Positions 50,301 through 61,409 of a stretch of DNA of 64,000 bases are shown here, piece after piece (the stretch's first letter is position 1; every line of letters starts with the position of its first letter). The translations under genes were made by a program, and so were the position numbers. This DNA comes from Alphaproteobacteria bacterium (GTDB taxonomy: Bacteria; Pseudomonadota; Alphaproteobacteria; UBA2966). The stretch lies in assembly GCA_964291395.2 (NCBI GenBank), contig OZ219858.1:1216001-1280000 (forward strand). Reading direction: 5' to 3'. The notes under the pieces were generated by a model. The model made no database searches, was not told where the DNA came from, and saw only the letters and a list, made by a program, of their open reading frames with translations.

Positions 50301-51479
50301 CTAGTCCGCAGGGGGTGTCCTTGTACAGTGAAATGGTCGTGTCTGCTCGGTCAGGTGGGCGTCGATCGCCGCCTGGAAGACAGTCGCCTGGCGGGTTTCG
50401 GCCACGTCGTGAACGCGCAACATCTGGACGCCCTGATTCTGCGCCCACAACGCGGCCGCCAAGGATCCCGGGAGTCGGTCGTCGGCGGCATCGCCCCCCG
50501 CCAAACGCCCGATGAAGCTCTTGCGCGAGGCACCCACCAGCACCGGACATCCAAGCGCATGGAACAGGGACACCCGCGCCAGAACGGCGGCGCTTTGCGG
50601 TGCCTGCTTCGCGAATCCGATCCCCGGATCGACGATCAGACGTTCACGCGGCAGGCTGGCCGACCCGCAGATCTCGATCCGCTCCGCCAGCCAGTCGAAG
50701 GCATCGAGCGCGACATGATCGTAGCTCGTCTGCCGGTGCATGGCCGAGAATTCGACGGGACAGTGCATGAGGACTACCGGAACATTCGCCGCGGCGGCGG
50801 CTCCTAAACTCCCCTCGCCGGTCAAGGCGCTGATGTCGTTGATCATGGAGGCTCCGGCGGCCACGCCTTCCGTCATGACCTGCGCGTGCCGCGTATCGAC
50901 GGAAATCGATACCGAAAGTCCGGCCAGCGCCTGGATCACCGGAATGACGCGCGAAATCTCCTCGTCCACGCCGACCGGCAGCGCACCCCCGGGGCGCGTC
51001 GACTCGCCACCGACATCAATGACGTCGGCACCGGCTTCTACCATCTCATGGGCCGCATCGACCGCGGCCGATACGGAGGCAACCCGGCTTCCGGCGTAAA
51101 AGCTGTCGGGGGTCACGTTGACGACGCCCATGATCCGCGGTCGGCCGCCGGGAACTCCAGTCAGAGTCGGTGGAGCACGTGTCAGCCGGTCCAGCTGCTC
51201 ATCGACCGCCCGGCCGTGAGCTTCACTCAGGGACCTCTTCCAGCGATCGATCTGCGAAAGATCGGCGAGGCCGGCACGGACATCGTTCCCTTCGCGGATC
51301 AGGACTTCGCAGCCGGAAAAGACATAGGCGCCACCGGCCAGCGGCAACGTGCGAGAACGATCCGGCGCTAGAGCGGCTTGGGCCCGCGGAAAAACCGGAT
51401 GAGGACGCAGGTAAACCGCGACGTCTGGCTCAAGTCTTGAGGGGAGTTCAGGGGAGTCGGGCACGGCCGCGTTCCCCAA
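50301..51479 (-). CDS. folP: Dihydropteroate synthase with N-terminal extension
   Basis: [40 protein letters not shown]; start uncertain. Confidence 0.94.
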   Translation of the reverse strand: MGNAAVPDSPELPSRLEPDVAVYLRPHPVFPRAQAALAPDRSRTLPLAGGAYVFSGCEVLIREGNDVRAGLADLSQIDRWKRSLSEAHGRAVDEQLDRLTRAPPTLTGVPGGRPRIMGVVNVTPDSFYAGSRVASVSAAVDAAHEMVEAGADVIDVGGESTRPGGALPVGVDEEISRVIPVIQALAGLSVSISVDTRHAQVMTEGVAAGASMINDISALTGEGSLGAAAAANVPVVLMHCPVEFSAMHRQTSYDHVALDAFDWLAERIEICGSASLPRERLIVDPGIGFAKQAPQSAAVLARVSLFHALGCPVLVGASRKSFIGRLAGGDAADDRLPGSLAAALWAQNQGVQMLRVHDVAETRQATVFQAAIDAHLTEQTRPFHCTRTPPAD

Positions 51480-51493
51480 GGTCGGTGCCGAAT

Positions 51494-53425
<1,932 letters not shown>

Positions 53426-53559
53426 CCGTCTTCCTCGCTCGAGGGCGGCGTCTCGCCCCACGTATGACAACATACATTGCTTCGGGAACGCTGTCCCGTG
53501 GCAGTGAGGATTGCGGACTATCGCTCTACGCGGTCCCGCCTTTCCATCTCCCTTCTATT

Positions 53560-53587
53560 AAATAGGGGGAGTCTCCGCTGAGACAAC
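53560..53587 (-). promoter_or_regulatory. Putative RpoH-type promoter of ftsH
   Basis: Minus strand reads GTTG-N17-CCTATTT, close to alphaproteobacterial CTTG-N17-CCTATAT-type promoters. Confidence 0.5.
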
Positions 53588-53844
53588 CGGAAACGACATC
53601 AATGTCGCTACAAGTCGCGAGTTGGGTACTGTCCCAAATAGCGACGCCGTGTGGAGTAGGTCCCTGGGGTCGGACAGCTTCACGCGGCGGCTTTGACCGG
53701 CTTGCGGGGCTGTAGGCAACACGGCCCCAGCAAGGAGGCAGCGGCCGCCATTGCCGGCCTAGTCTTCATTCATGTCAAAACGCGCGCAGCCAACATGGGT
53801 GCGCTAACATTCCGTTCATTGAATAAGCGGGAGGAACACGAGTC

Positions 53845-54246
53845 ATGGAGCCGTTGACACTGGACGAAGCCGTGCGCATGGCTTCGGCAGCCAGAGCCGA
53901 GGCCGACAAACTGAATATCAAAGTCGCAATATCGATCCTCGATCCGCGGGGCGATGTCATCGTCGTACACCGTATGGACGGAGCGCTCTGGCGTTCGGTT
54001 CCCATTTCGGAGGGCAAGGCGGCCGCATCCGCGGCCTGGAATACTCCCAGCGGAGAACTTGCAGAACGCTGGAGCCAGCCGACCTTTCAAGCCCTCTCGA
54101 TGAGGGAAAACGGGCGACTCATTCCCTGGCAGGGTGCGCTACCCATACGCCGAGGAGACGGCACGATGGTGGGTGCAATCGGTGTCAGCGGCGCAAAGTC
54201 CGAGTTGGACGAACAGGTCGCCTCTGCGGGCCTCGCCGCGCTCTAA
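53845..54246 (+). CDS. GlcG/HbpS-family heme-binding protein
   Basis: RMDGA, KAAASAAW, QGALPI, VGAIGVSGA..ELD; GGAGG RBS. Confidence 0.88.
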   Translation: MEPLTLDEAVRMASAARAEADKLNIKVAISILDPRGDVIVVHRMDGALWRSVPISEGKAAASAAWNTPSGELAERWSQPTFQALSMRENGRLIPWQGALPIRRGDGTMVGAIGVSGAKSELDEQVASAGLAAL

Positions 54247-54483
54247 CGGAGATACCCTATTCTTCAGTTCCGACCTTCTAAGCACCGTTAGTCGTGGTGG
54301 GAGAGGGTGGCTTCGCCGAAGGAAGATAGTCCGCTAAGGGTCAGAAGTCGAAGTTCAGCTCCCTCTTCCGGTACGACCGAAAACGGAGCTCGAGCGGACG
54401 GCAGAACACCCGTCAACTCACCGGTTCGATTGTCGTTTGGCGTCAACGGGTATAATTCATTGAAATATAATAAGAAAATGGTC

Positions 54484-54561
54484 TAGCGGCCCCAACGGGA
54501 CTTGAGCCAGTGTCTCGACCTTGAAGGGGTCGTGCCCTGGACCTGACTACACGACGGGGTC
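54484..54561 (-). tRNA. Degenerate (pseudo) tRNA-Glu(TTC)
   Basis: Reverse complement GACCCCGTCGTGTAGTCAGGTCCAGGGCACGACCCCTTCAAGGTCGAGACACTGGCTCAAGTCCCGTTGGGGCCGCTA. Anticodon stem CGACC/GGTCG is intact, but there is C33, T-loop CTCAAGT, stem mismatches and a CTA end. Confidence 0.7.
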
Positions 54562-54591
54562 GTGCCGGCCCCTCATCTAGACGCTCCGACC

Positions 54592-54786
54592 TGTTTACGG
54601 CGGCTCGATAGCGCTTCACAGGTAGCGGCCGGGCGGTCCGGTCTCGGCGGTGCAAAATTGATGTGCCATCCATGGCCTTTTGTCTGTTTCGGCGAGGGGC
54701 GGGGGATGTACGGGGTGGAGTTCCATGCGGCGGTTCGGCTCACGGTTGTCGATGAGGGTCTGAGCCACAGGGAAGTGTCGTCCCGA
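54592..54786 (+). mobile_element. IS21-family left end with IstA N-terminal stub
   Basis: TG-initiated end TGTTTACGGCGGC..., internal GGCGGTGCAAAATTG repeat, then MYGVEFHAAVRLTVVDEGLSHREV, truncated. Confidence 0.65.
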
Positions 54787-54876
54787 AGGACGCAATCGGG
54801 AAAGCGGCCTGCGGGCTTGCCATGCAGCCGTCGGGAGTGACAGGTTTCGGGTATACTAGCAGGAAGGAGCCCGGCG

Positions 54877-55716
54877 ATAATTTCGCGCCGTCACTTTCTC
54901 GCGACCTCGGCCGCCTCGGTGCTGCTGCCCTCGGCGGCCCGCGCTGTCGGCGCGCCGATGCCGATCTTCGACGCCCATATCCATTTCAGCCACGACGCCG
55001 CCGAGCGGTTTTCCGCCGGCGAAGCTGTTGCCATTTTGGAGGAGGCGGGGCTGAAGCGGGCGCTGGTGTCGAGCTCGGGCGACGCTGGCACCCGCGCGCT
55101 CCACGCCGCGGCGCCTGACCTTGTCCTGCCCAGCCTGCGCCCCTATCGCCGGCGCGGCGAAATCCACAGCTGGGTCGACGATTCATCGGTGATCGACTTC
55201 CTCGAGGATCGTCTGAAGCGCTTCAAGTGGGTCGCGGTCGGCGAATTCCACCTCTTCGCCTCGCAAACCGATAAGGCCGTGCCGCGGCGCATGATCGAAC
55301 TGGCGCAGCAGCACAATCTTCTCCTGCACGCCCATTCGGACGCCGGTGCCGTCGACAGGATCTTTGCCCAATGGCCGGAAGCGCGGGTGCTGTGGGCCCA
55401 TGCAGGCTTCGTCGATCCGGATATCGTCGGCCCGATGCTCGGAAAGCACGCGAACCTGTGGACCGACCTGGCCTTCCGCAGCGAACACGCCTATGGCGGC
55501 CGGGTCGACGACGACTGGCGCAGCCTGTTCGCCGACTTCCCGGACCGCGTCATGGTCGGCACCGACACCTTCACGCCGGAGCGCTGGCACTATGTCGTCG
55601 AGCACGCCGACTGGACCAGGCAATGGCTGACCGACCTGCCGCCCGACCTCGCCGAAAAAATCGCCTGGCGCAACGGCGAGGCGATGATCCGGCCGCACCT
55701 GGCGCAATTGCGCTAG
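54877..55716 (+). CDS. Tat-exported amidohydrolase-family metalloprotein (start codon ATA)
   Basis: (M)ISRRHFLATSAASVLLPSAARA Tat signal, DAHIH, VGEFH, HAHSD, LWAHAG, MVGTD. Confidence 0.8.
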   Translation: MISRRHFLATSAASVLLPSAARAVGAPMPIFDAHIHFSHDAAERFSAGEAVAILEEAGLKRALVSSSGDAGTRALHAAAPDLVLPSLRPYRRRGEIHSWVDDSSVIDFLEDRLKRFKWVAVGEFHLFASQTDKAVPRRMIELAQQHNLLLHAHSDAGAVDRIFAQWPEARVLWAHAGFVDPDIVGPMLGKHANLWTDLAFRSEHAYGGRVDDDWRSLFADFPDRVMVGTDTFTPERWHYVVEHADWTRQWLTDLPPDLAEKIAWRNGEAMIRPHLAQLR

Positions 55717-55723
55717 CGGCACG

Positions 55724-56134
55724 ATGGCCCGGTGGTGCCTCGGCGGACCAGCGCTGGCGGTCGTGCTTGCGCTCGTCCTCGCGACCGGCCAGGCGGCGGC
55801 CTGCGCCCGTCCGCAGGGCTGGACCGGCGGCGCGAGAATTGTCGGCGAGCTATGGACGGCATGGTGGCGATCGAAACCCGCTGCCATCCCGGTCGGCGCG
55901 CATTTTTCCATCCGTTTCCATCTGTGCGGGCCGCCGGTCGGTCGGGTCGGGGTGCGCGGCTGGATGCCTGACCACCGGCACGGCATGAACTACCGGCCCG
56001 CGGTGACTCTGAGCGGCTTTTCCGGAACGGCCGAAGGCCTGATGTTCCACATGCCGGGGCGCTGGCAGCTGATTCTGGATGTCCGCGGTGCGGCGGGCCG
56101 GGAGAAGCTGACCGCCGAAACGGTGCTGGAGTGA
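55724..56134 (+). CDS. YtkA/FixH-like exported protein with Met/His motif
   Basis: Signal peptide, WMPDHRHGMNYRP, GLMFHMPGRW. Confidence 0.7.
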   Translation: MARWCLGGPALAVVLALVLATGQAAACARPQGWTGGARIVGELWTAWWRSKPAAIPVGAHFSIRFHLCGPPVGRVGVRGWMPDHRHGMNYRPAVTLSGFSGTAEGLMFHMPGRWQLILDVRGAAGREKLTAETVLE

Positions 56135-57345
56135 CACCCCGGCGTTCCGGCGCGTCCGTCGCCGCCCGGCTGTCGCGATTTATAATTGTAATCTTTGTAC
56201 TTTCAGGCATCGCGGTGTCGGCGCCAGCGCTCGACTTCACTGCCGAGGAAGAACGTCGGATCCTGCGCCATGGGCCGTGGCCGCCGGCCTCGCGGCCCGA
56301 TCCGAGCAACCGGGTTTCCGGCAAACCGGCCGCCATCGCCTTCGGTCGGGCGCTGTTCTTCGATCCGCGCCTGTCGTTCTCCGGTGCGGTCTCCTGCGCA
56401 ACTTGCCACCCACCGGGCCGGGCTTGGACCGACGGCCTGCCGCGTAGTCGCGGGCACCGGACCGTCGACCGCAACGCGCCCAGCCTGTTCAACCTGCGCT
56501 TCAACCGCTGGTTCGGCTGGGACGGCGCGCAGGACACGCTGTGGGCGCAAAACCTGCGGCCCCTGCTCGATGGCCGTGAAATGGGCGTCGGCCCCAGCGG
56601 CGCGGCGCGGCTGGTCCGCTCCGACCGGCAGCTTTCCTGCAGCTACCGGCGCGCTTTCGGCGTAGCGCCTGGCGCAGATGACGCATGGATTTTCGTCGAT
56701 CTCGGCAAGGCGCTGGCGGCGTTCTTGGAAACCCAGGTCACCGGCCGCACGCCGTTCGACGATTTCCGCGACGCCCTGGCGCGCAACGATGCGGCCGGCC
56801 AGGCTCGCTATCCTGCCGCCGCCGTGCGCGGCCTACGCCTGTTCGTGGGCCGGGGCAACTGCGCCTTCTGCCATTTCGGCCCGACCTTTACCAACGGCGA
56901 GTTCGCCGATGCCGGCGTGCCGCATTTCGTCGAACCCGGCCGGGTCGATCCCGGCCGGCACGGCGGCATCCGTAAATTGCGCCGGAGCCCGTTCACCTTG
57001 CTGGGCCGCTTCAACGACGATGCTCAACGCTCCACCGCCGCCAAGACACGCTATGTCCGTCTGCGCCAAAGTAACTTCGGCGAGTTCCGGGTGCCGGGCC
57101 TGCGCAACGTAGCGCTCACCGCGCCCTACATGCATGCCGGCAGCCTCGAGACGCTCGCCGACGTCGCCCGCCACTATTCGACGATCGACGAGGAACGGCT
57201 GCACGCCGGAGGTGAACGGATTTTGCGCCGTCTGGACCTGAGCGCGCGCGAACAGGTCGACCTCGTAGCCTTTCTCGAAACGCTGACGGAAAAAACACCG
57301 CTTCACGAATTCGTAGAGAAAACCGGAAACGCCTTGTGTCGATAG
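56131..57345 (+). CDS. Di-heme cytochrome c peroxidase / MauG-superfamily protein
   Basis: GRALFFDPRLS, CATCH, RNAPSL, GWDG, CAFCH, FRVPGLRNVALTAPYMHAG, DLVAFLETL. Confidence 0.9.
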   Translation: MTPRRSGASVAARLSRFIIVIFVLSGIAVSAPALDFTAEEERRILRHGPWPPASRPDPSNRVSGKPAAIAFGRALFFDPRLSFSGAVSCATCHPPGRAWTDGLPRSRGHRTVDRNAPSLFNLRFNRWFGWDGAQDTLWAQNLRPLLDGREMGVGPSGAARLVRSDRQLSCSYRRAFGVAPGADDAWIFVDLGKALAAFLETQVTGRTPFDDFRDALARNDAAGQARYPAAAVRGLRLFVGRGNCAFCHFGPTFTNGEFADAGVPHFVEPGRVDPGRHGGIRKLRRSPFTLLGRFNDDAQRSTAAKTRYVRLRQSNFGEFRVPGLRNVALTAPYMHAGSLETLADVARHYSTIDEERLHAGGERILRRLDLSAREQVDLVAFLETLTEKTPLHEFVEKTGNALCR

Positions 57346-57519
57346 GTTCCAGTTGCCGCCTATGGCAGTCCAAATTCTTCAGGATCTACCACGCGGGGTG
57401 AACAATCCCTGGGTGTTTCCGGACCGTATCGTGAATACGCTGACCCGTTCTGAAAGTTGGTCGCCGTTTGCACGCTTGCGTGGAACAGGGACGTTCATGC
57501 CGGCCGAAAGATATTGACC

Positions 57520-57990
57520 TCAATCCCCCGCGAACGCGATCAATCGCCCACAGACGAGTGCTCCCAGCCAGCAAACCGTTGAGAGGATAGCATGACCGGC
57601 TAGGCGGGCGCGCGGGGCGTCCTTGAGCAGGAACCCGTAGACCCGGCACAGAGCGAGCGTAGACAGTACCCCGACAGCGATGAAGGTTAGCTTGAGCTGC
57701 AGAAATCCGACACCACTGTATTCCCGCGCCCGGATCGAGAACAGCAGCGGTCCCGTGAGCAGGGCAAGGGTCAGCCCGCTCGCTGCAACGGGCGTGAGCA
57801 CCCGCACCACCGCTTCGCGAGAGATACCATGCCACACGCCAAGAAGCCGCAGATTGAGCGGGACGACGGACCCGATCAGCAGGGCGATCGCGAAGATGTG
57901 CGCGGTGTTGACCGCGGCATAGACCCAGCGGGAACCCCGCAGAGCCTGCGCCAGGGCCGTCCCCTCGAGCGCCGCGAACAGGGCCTCCAA
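57520..57990 (-). CDS. Four-TM membrane protein (DUF2214/DUF6644-like)
   Basis: WVYAAVNTAHI, LNLRLLG, FLQLKL, SxxCW...CGRLIAF; TTG start just after the upstream stop. Confidence 0.7.
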   Translation of the reverse strand: MEALFAALEGTALAQALRGSRWVYAAVNTAHIFAIALLIGSVVPLNLRLLGVWHGISREAVVRVLTPVAASGLTLALLTGPLLFSIRAREYSGVGFLQLKLTFIAVGVLSTLALCRVYGFLLKDAPRARLAGHAILSTVCWLGALVCGRLIAFAGD

Positions 57991-57994
57991 GGTC

Positions 57995-58363
57995 TCAGTC
58001 GCGCCCGGGGTAAAGGACGTACTCGCGTTTGCCCAGGAATAGCCGTTCCACCTTGATCCGTTTTTCCGACACATCGTCGGCCGGTTCACCGATCAACCGG
58101 ATTTCGACCCCTTCGGCCAGATCGCCGTCCTTGAGGCCGGCGCGTTCGTTGCGCCAGGGTTGACCGACCTCGGCCGTCCATTCGTCGCCTTCCACGTCGA
58201 TCTTCAGAATGCCGTGGGGATTGCCCAGGCGGACGGTCATGATAATGCCGGTCAGATCGATATTGCCGCCGGTCGTCCACGACCAGCCGTGATGGGCCAG
58301 AGTCCCGACCGTCGGAGCCGTGAGTCCCAGGGCCAGGACCGTGATGAACAAGAGCCTCATCAT
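57995..58363 (-). CDS. DUF6152-family exported protein (N-terminal His-His)
   Basis: Signal peptide then AHHGWS, LTG, NPH, WTAE; GGAGGAG RBS. Confidence 0.75.
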   Translation of the reverse strand: MMRLLFITVLALGLTAPTVGTLAHHGWSWTTGGNIDLTGIIMTVRLGNPHGILKIDVEGDEWTAEVGQPWRNERAGLKDGDLAEGVEIRLIGEPADDVSEKRIKVERLFLGKREYVLYPGRD

Positions 58364-58489
58364 AGTGCTCCTCCGATGCCGCAAGCGTTGCTGGGAAGGT
58401 TGCGTCACGCGATCGGACATTCAAGCCGACACTTCCCAGACAACCGTCAAGTCCGTGGCGATTATACTCTTGGAGAATAGATGACCGAA

Positions 58490-58719
58490 CTGTTAAGCAA
58501 GGCACGTGCCTGGGTGAGTAGCTGAAGGGGTTTCCTGCAAGTAAGGATCGCCGGCAGCTCGATGCCGGTCGTGATCATGTCCTGCGCTGCCTGGAAGAAC
58601 ACGAGGCCAAGGTTAAGGCGTTGCAAAATGCGCTGATCGCCGGAGAGCGGTCGGGAGAGCCTCGCCGGTTCGACGACGAGGCTTTCGAGAAGGGCATGAG
58701 GGACAAGCATGTTCGGTGA
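58490..58719 (+). pseudogene. ParD-family (CC2985-type) antitoxin relic
   Basis: LRCLEEHEAKVKALQNALIAGERSGEPRRFDDEAFEKGMRDKHVR*; N-terminus degenerate with an in-frame TAG; no parE follows. Confidence 0.7.
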
Positions 58720-58745
58720 CCAGCGGGCGTGGCGGTGTGGGATAT

Positions 58746-58774
58746 GTGTTCCCGACCACGCGGGGATGAACCCG
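58746..58774 (+). CRISPR. Solitary, degenerate type I-E-like CRISPR repeat (no array)
   Basis: GTGTTCCCGACCACGCGGGGATGAACCCG versus the I-E-type GTGTTCCCCGCGCACGCGGGGATGAACCG; no neighbouring repeat at about 61-bp spacing and no cas genes. Confidence 0.6.
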
Positions 58775-58793
58775 TCAATTCCTTTCGGCAGAG

Positions 58794-60164
58794 TCAGCCG
58801 AAGAGAGGGACACTCCCTGAAAACGGCGGAAATACCAGTGGCCGGTCCGGAGCGAATCTGGCGTCAAGCGCCAGGCCGGAGCCTTTTCGACGATATTCGA
58901 GGTGCGGAACGTCGACGAGCCCGGCGTGATCCCAGAGTGCCGGCAACGCCGCGCGCGCCGCAGTGGGAATCTCCGAATCACGGGCTCGCAGGCGCGTTTC
59001 AGGATCCTCCATCACAATTCGCCATCCCTCGACACCCAATCGACGCACCTCACAGGTCCTTTCGGGGTCGGAAAGCGCGCGGCCATCTACCCGAACGTCA
59101 AAGCGCGCGTCCCAGCGACGGCTCTGGCCCGGGCGAAGGGTCACTGAGTGTCCCGCCCCACGGGCCTCGCGGCAGATCAACAGCCGCCCCGTGTGACCGA
59201 TGATCCGACAGCCCGCCAGGGTACGGCCTTTCGGTGCCTTGCCGCTCGCGACTTCCGTGTAAGCCCGCTCCAGGCGGTCATATCTGGGCGGCGCCGAACG
59301 GGCCCCCACGGCGGATACGACACGCGACAGCACGCGCAGCCCGACCTCATCCGGTGCCGCGAACAGAGCGTCCTGGTCAAGCCAGCAGAATCCCGCTTCG
59401 TGAGATTGCACGCAATTCCGAACCAGCTCCGATGCATAGTGCTCGAGAGCGGCGCGGGCACGTCCCAGGCGACGAGCCGACACGGCGATACCCTGTGCCG
59501 TAACGCCGGCCGCGTTCAACGCCGGAAGGAGGCCGCGAATCCGCGACCGAGCGAACTTAGAGTCCCTGTTGGAGGGGTCCTCGATCCAAGGATGTCCGAG
59601 GTCCTTCACGGTAGCGACCAGGCGCGCCTTTGGCATGTCGAGCAGAGGGCGAACCAGACGAATGCCGGTTCGACGCGACACCGCCGCCATGGCCGCGAGA
59701 CCGTCCAAGCCGCTCTTGCACCCAAGTCTCAGGAGGAACGTTTCCGCCTGGTCATCGCGATGGTGGGCGAGCAGAAGATCGCGCAGCCCATGGTCCCGGC
59801 ACCATGACGACAGGAGCTCATAGCGTGCCTCGCGGGCCGCTTCCTGAATTCCATGAATGGGCTTGCGCCCCGTCCATTCCAGGATGTGCGCTTCGATCCC
59901 ACCGCGCGCCAACCACGCGACGACGCGATGGCATTCCCCGGCCGACGCCGGACGAAGGCCGTGGTCGACAACCAGGGCGCGGCATGTACCGCCGCGGGCC
60001 GCGGCCCAACGATGAGTCAGGAGGCATAGCGCAATGCTGTCCACGCCGCCGGAGGTTGCCACCGCCACCCGGGGGGGCGAGGCGAACGGTCCCACCGAGT
60101 GCACCAGTCCCTCGAACTCGGGTGCACCGATGGGCTCGTCGTCAGCACACTTCATGGCGATCAA
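58794..60164 (-). CDS. tilS: tRNA(Ile)-lysidine synthase
   Basis: ATSGGVDS, VDHGLR, AHHRDDQAET, RPLL, EDPSN. Confidence 0.95.
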   Translation of the reverse strand: MIAMKCADDEPIGAPEFEGLVHSVGPFASPPRVAVATSGGVDSIALCLLTHRWAAARGGTCRALVVDHGLRPASAGECHRVVAWLARGGIEAHILEWTGRKPIHGIQEAAREARYELLSSWCRDHGLRDLLLAHHRDDQAETFLLRLGCKSGLDGLAAMAAVSRRTGIRLVRPLLDMPKARLVATVKDLGHPWIEDPSNRDSKFARSRIRGLLPALNAAGVTAQGIAVSARRLGRARAALEHYASELVRNCVQSHEAGFCWLDQDALFAAPDEVGLRVLSRVVSAVGARSAPPRYDRLERAYTEVASGKAPKGRTLAGCRIIGHTGRLLICREARGAGHSVTLRPGQSRRWDARFDVRVDGRALSDPERTCEVRRLGVEGWRIVMEDPETRLRARDSEIPTAARAALPALWDHAGLVDVPHLEYRRKGSGLALDARFAPDRPLVFPPFSGSVPLFG

Positions 60165-60170
60165 GGCGCC

Positions 60171-61211
60171 TTACTCGCACCCGGCCTTTTGCCATTCCTT
60201 TTGGTTGCGCACCTTGATCCTGTCAGCCGAATCCGGGAATTTCTCGTTGAGTTCCTGGAACGCCGCGCAAGCTTCATCACCCCGACCGAGGCGGGACAGA
60301 GACATGCCAAGCTTGAGCAGATTGTCCGGGGCCTTGATGCCCGTGGGAGAGGTCTGGTAGCCCTCCACGAAGACCGCGGCGGCTTGATTGTAGTCCTCGC
60401 GGACGTAATGGGATTCTGCAAGCCAGTATCTGGCGTTGTCGGCGAGCTCGTGATCGGCATGGGCTGTCAGGAATTCCTCGAATGCCCGTTCCGCCTTGAC
60501 GAGATCCTGGGAACGGAGCAGCCGCAGCAGGCTCAGCGCAAAGTCGTAACGCTCTTCCGGAGTCCCTTCCGGCAGCAGCGATTTGAGCCGTGCCGGGGTC
60601 GGGGATGCGGTTTCCACGGCGCTCCCTGGGGGAGGCAGCCGGTCAACGGGAATCGTTCCCAGCACGCCCGGCTGGCCTGACGGACCAGGAACCTGGGGCG
60701 CCATGCCTGAGCCGCCCGCCTCAGGTGCCGGCGTGTCGGTCCGGGATTGTGCCGGGGCTACGTCCTGGGTCACCATGGCCGTCACCTCGGCGAGGGTGCG
60801 CTCGATGGCGGACAGTCGGAAATCAACGTCCTCGACCAGCTTGTCGAGTCGCCGGCCGGCCGTATCGACCTTGTGCCTGATCTTTTCGATCTCGCCGGTG
60901 AGGCCGCGAAGCTCGCCCTCAAGGGCGGTCACGCGTACCAGCGCGCCGGCGGCTCGCCGTTCATCGATCCCCACCCCTGTTTGCGCCCGATCCTGCTGGG
61001 GTGAAATCGGACCAGGCGCTGCCGGAGCCTCACCCCGGTACACCTGACGTTGAAGATCCACGATATCCTGGCGCAGGCGTTCGACTGTCTCACGCAACGA
61101 TCTCGCTTCACTGCTTTGAGCCGATACCGGTTCAGACAGCACGAGGCCGGCCAGCACCAAGAGGATCAGGCGCACCGCCGCGAGAGTTGGTTTTGAACCG
61201 GGTTGCATCAT
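60171..61211 (-). CDS. cpoB: Tol-Pal system protein YbgF/CpoB
   Basis: Signal peptide, coiled coil, TPR NARYWLAES, KAPDNLLKLGMSL. Confidence 0.92.
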   Translation of the reverse strand: MMQPGSKPTLAAVRLILLVLAGLVLSEPVSAQSSEARSLRETVERLRQDIVDLQRQVYRGEAPAAPGPISPQQDRAQTGVGIDERRAAGALVRVTALEGELRGLTGEIEKIRHKVDTAGRRLDKLVEDVDFRLSAIERTLAEVTAMVTQDVAPAQSRTDTPAPEAGGSGMAPQVPGPSGQPGVLGTIPVDRLPPPGSAVETASPTPARLKSLLPEGTPEERYDFALSLLRLLRSQDLVKAERAFEEFLTAHADHELADNARYWLAESHYVREDYNQAAAVFVEGYQTSPTGIKAPDNLLKLGMSLSRLGRGDEACAAFQELNEKFPDSADRIKVRNQKEWQKAGCE

Positions 61212-61347
61212 AGGGGACTTGGGTTTTCGGAGGCGGCTTGCATCGATCTCGACCGCGCCATGCTGCGCTCAATTTCATGACAGCGCACGATTTTGTCCAA
61301 ATTAAGTCAATCGGGCTGCGCCGATCAAATCGATCACGTCAAACGAC

Positions 61348-61383
61348 GAAGCCGCCCGGCGGTCAGCGACCGCGGGCGGCTTC
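61348..61383 (-). terminator. Hairpin downstream of pal (terminator or stabiliser)
   Basis: GAAGCCGCCC-G-GCGGTC-agc-GACCGC-GGGCGGCTTC; weak U-tract. Confidence 0.5.
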
Positions 61384-61409
61384 GGACGCGCGATATCGCG
61401 AACTGGAAA

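Noticed and set aside
58746-58900. CRISPR array
   Set aside because: Only one full repeat-like unit and no periodic spacing; reported as a solitary repeat
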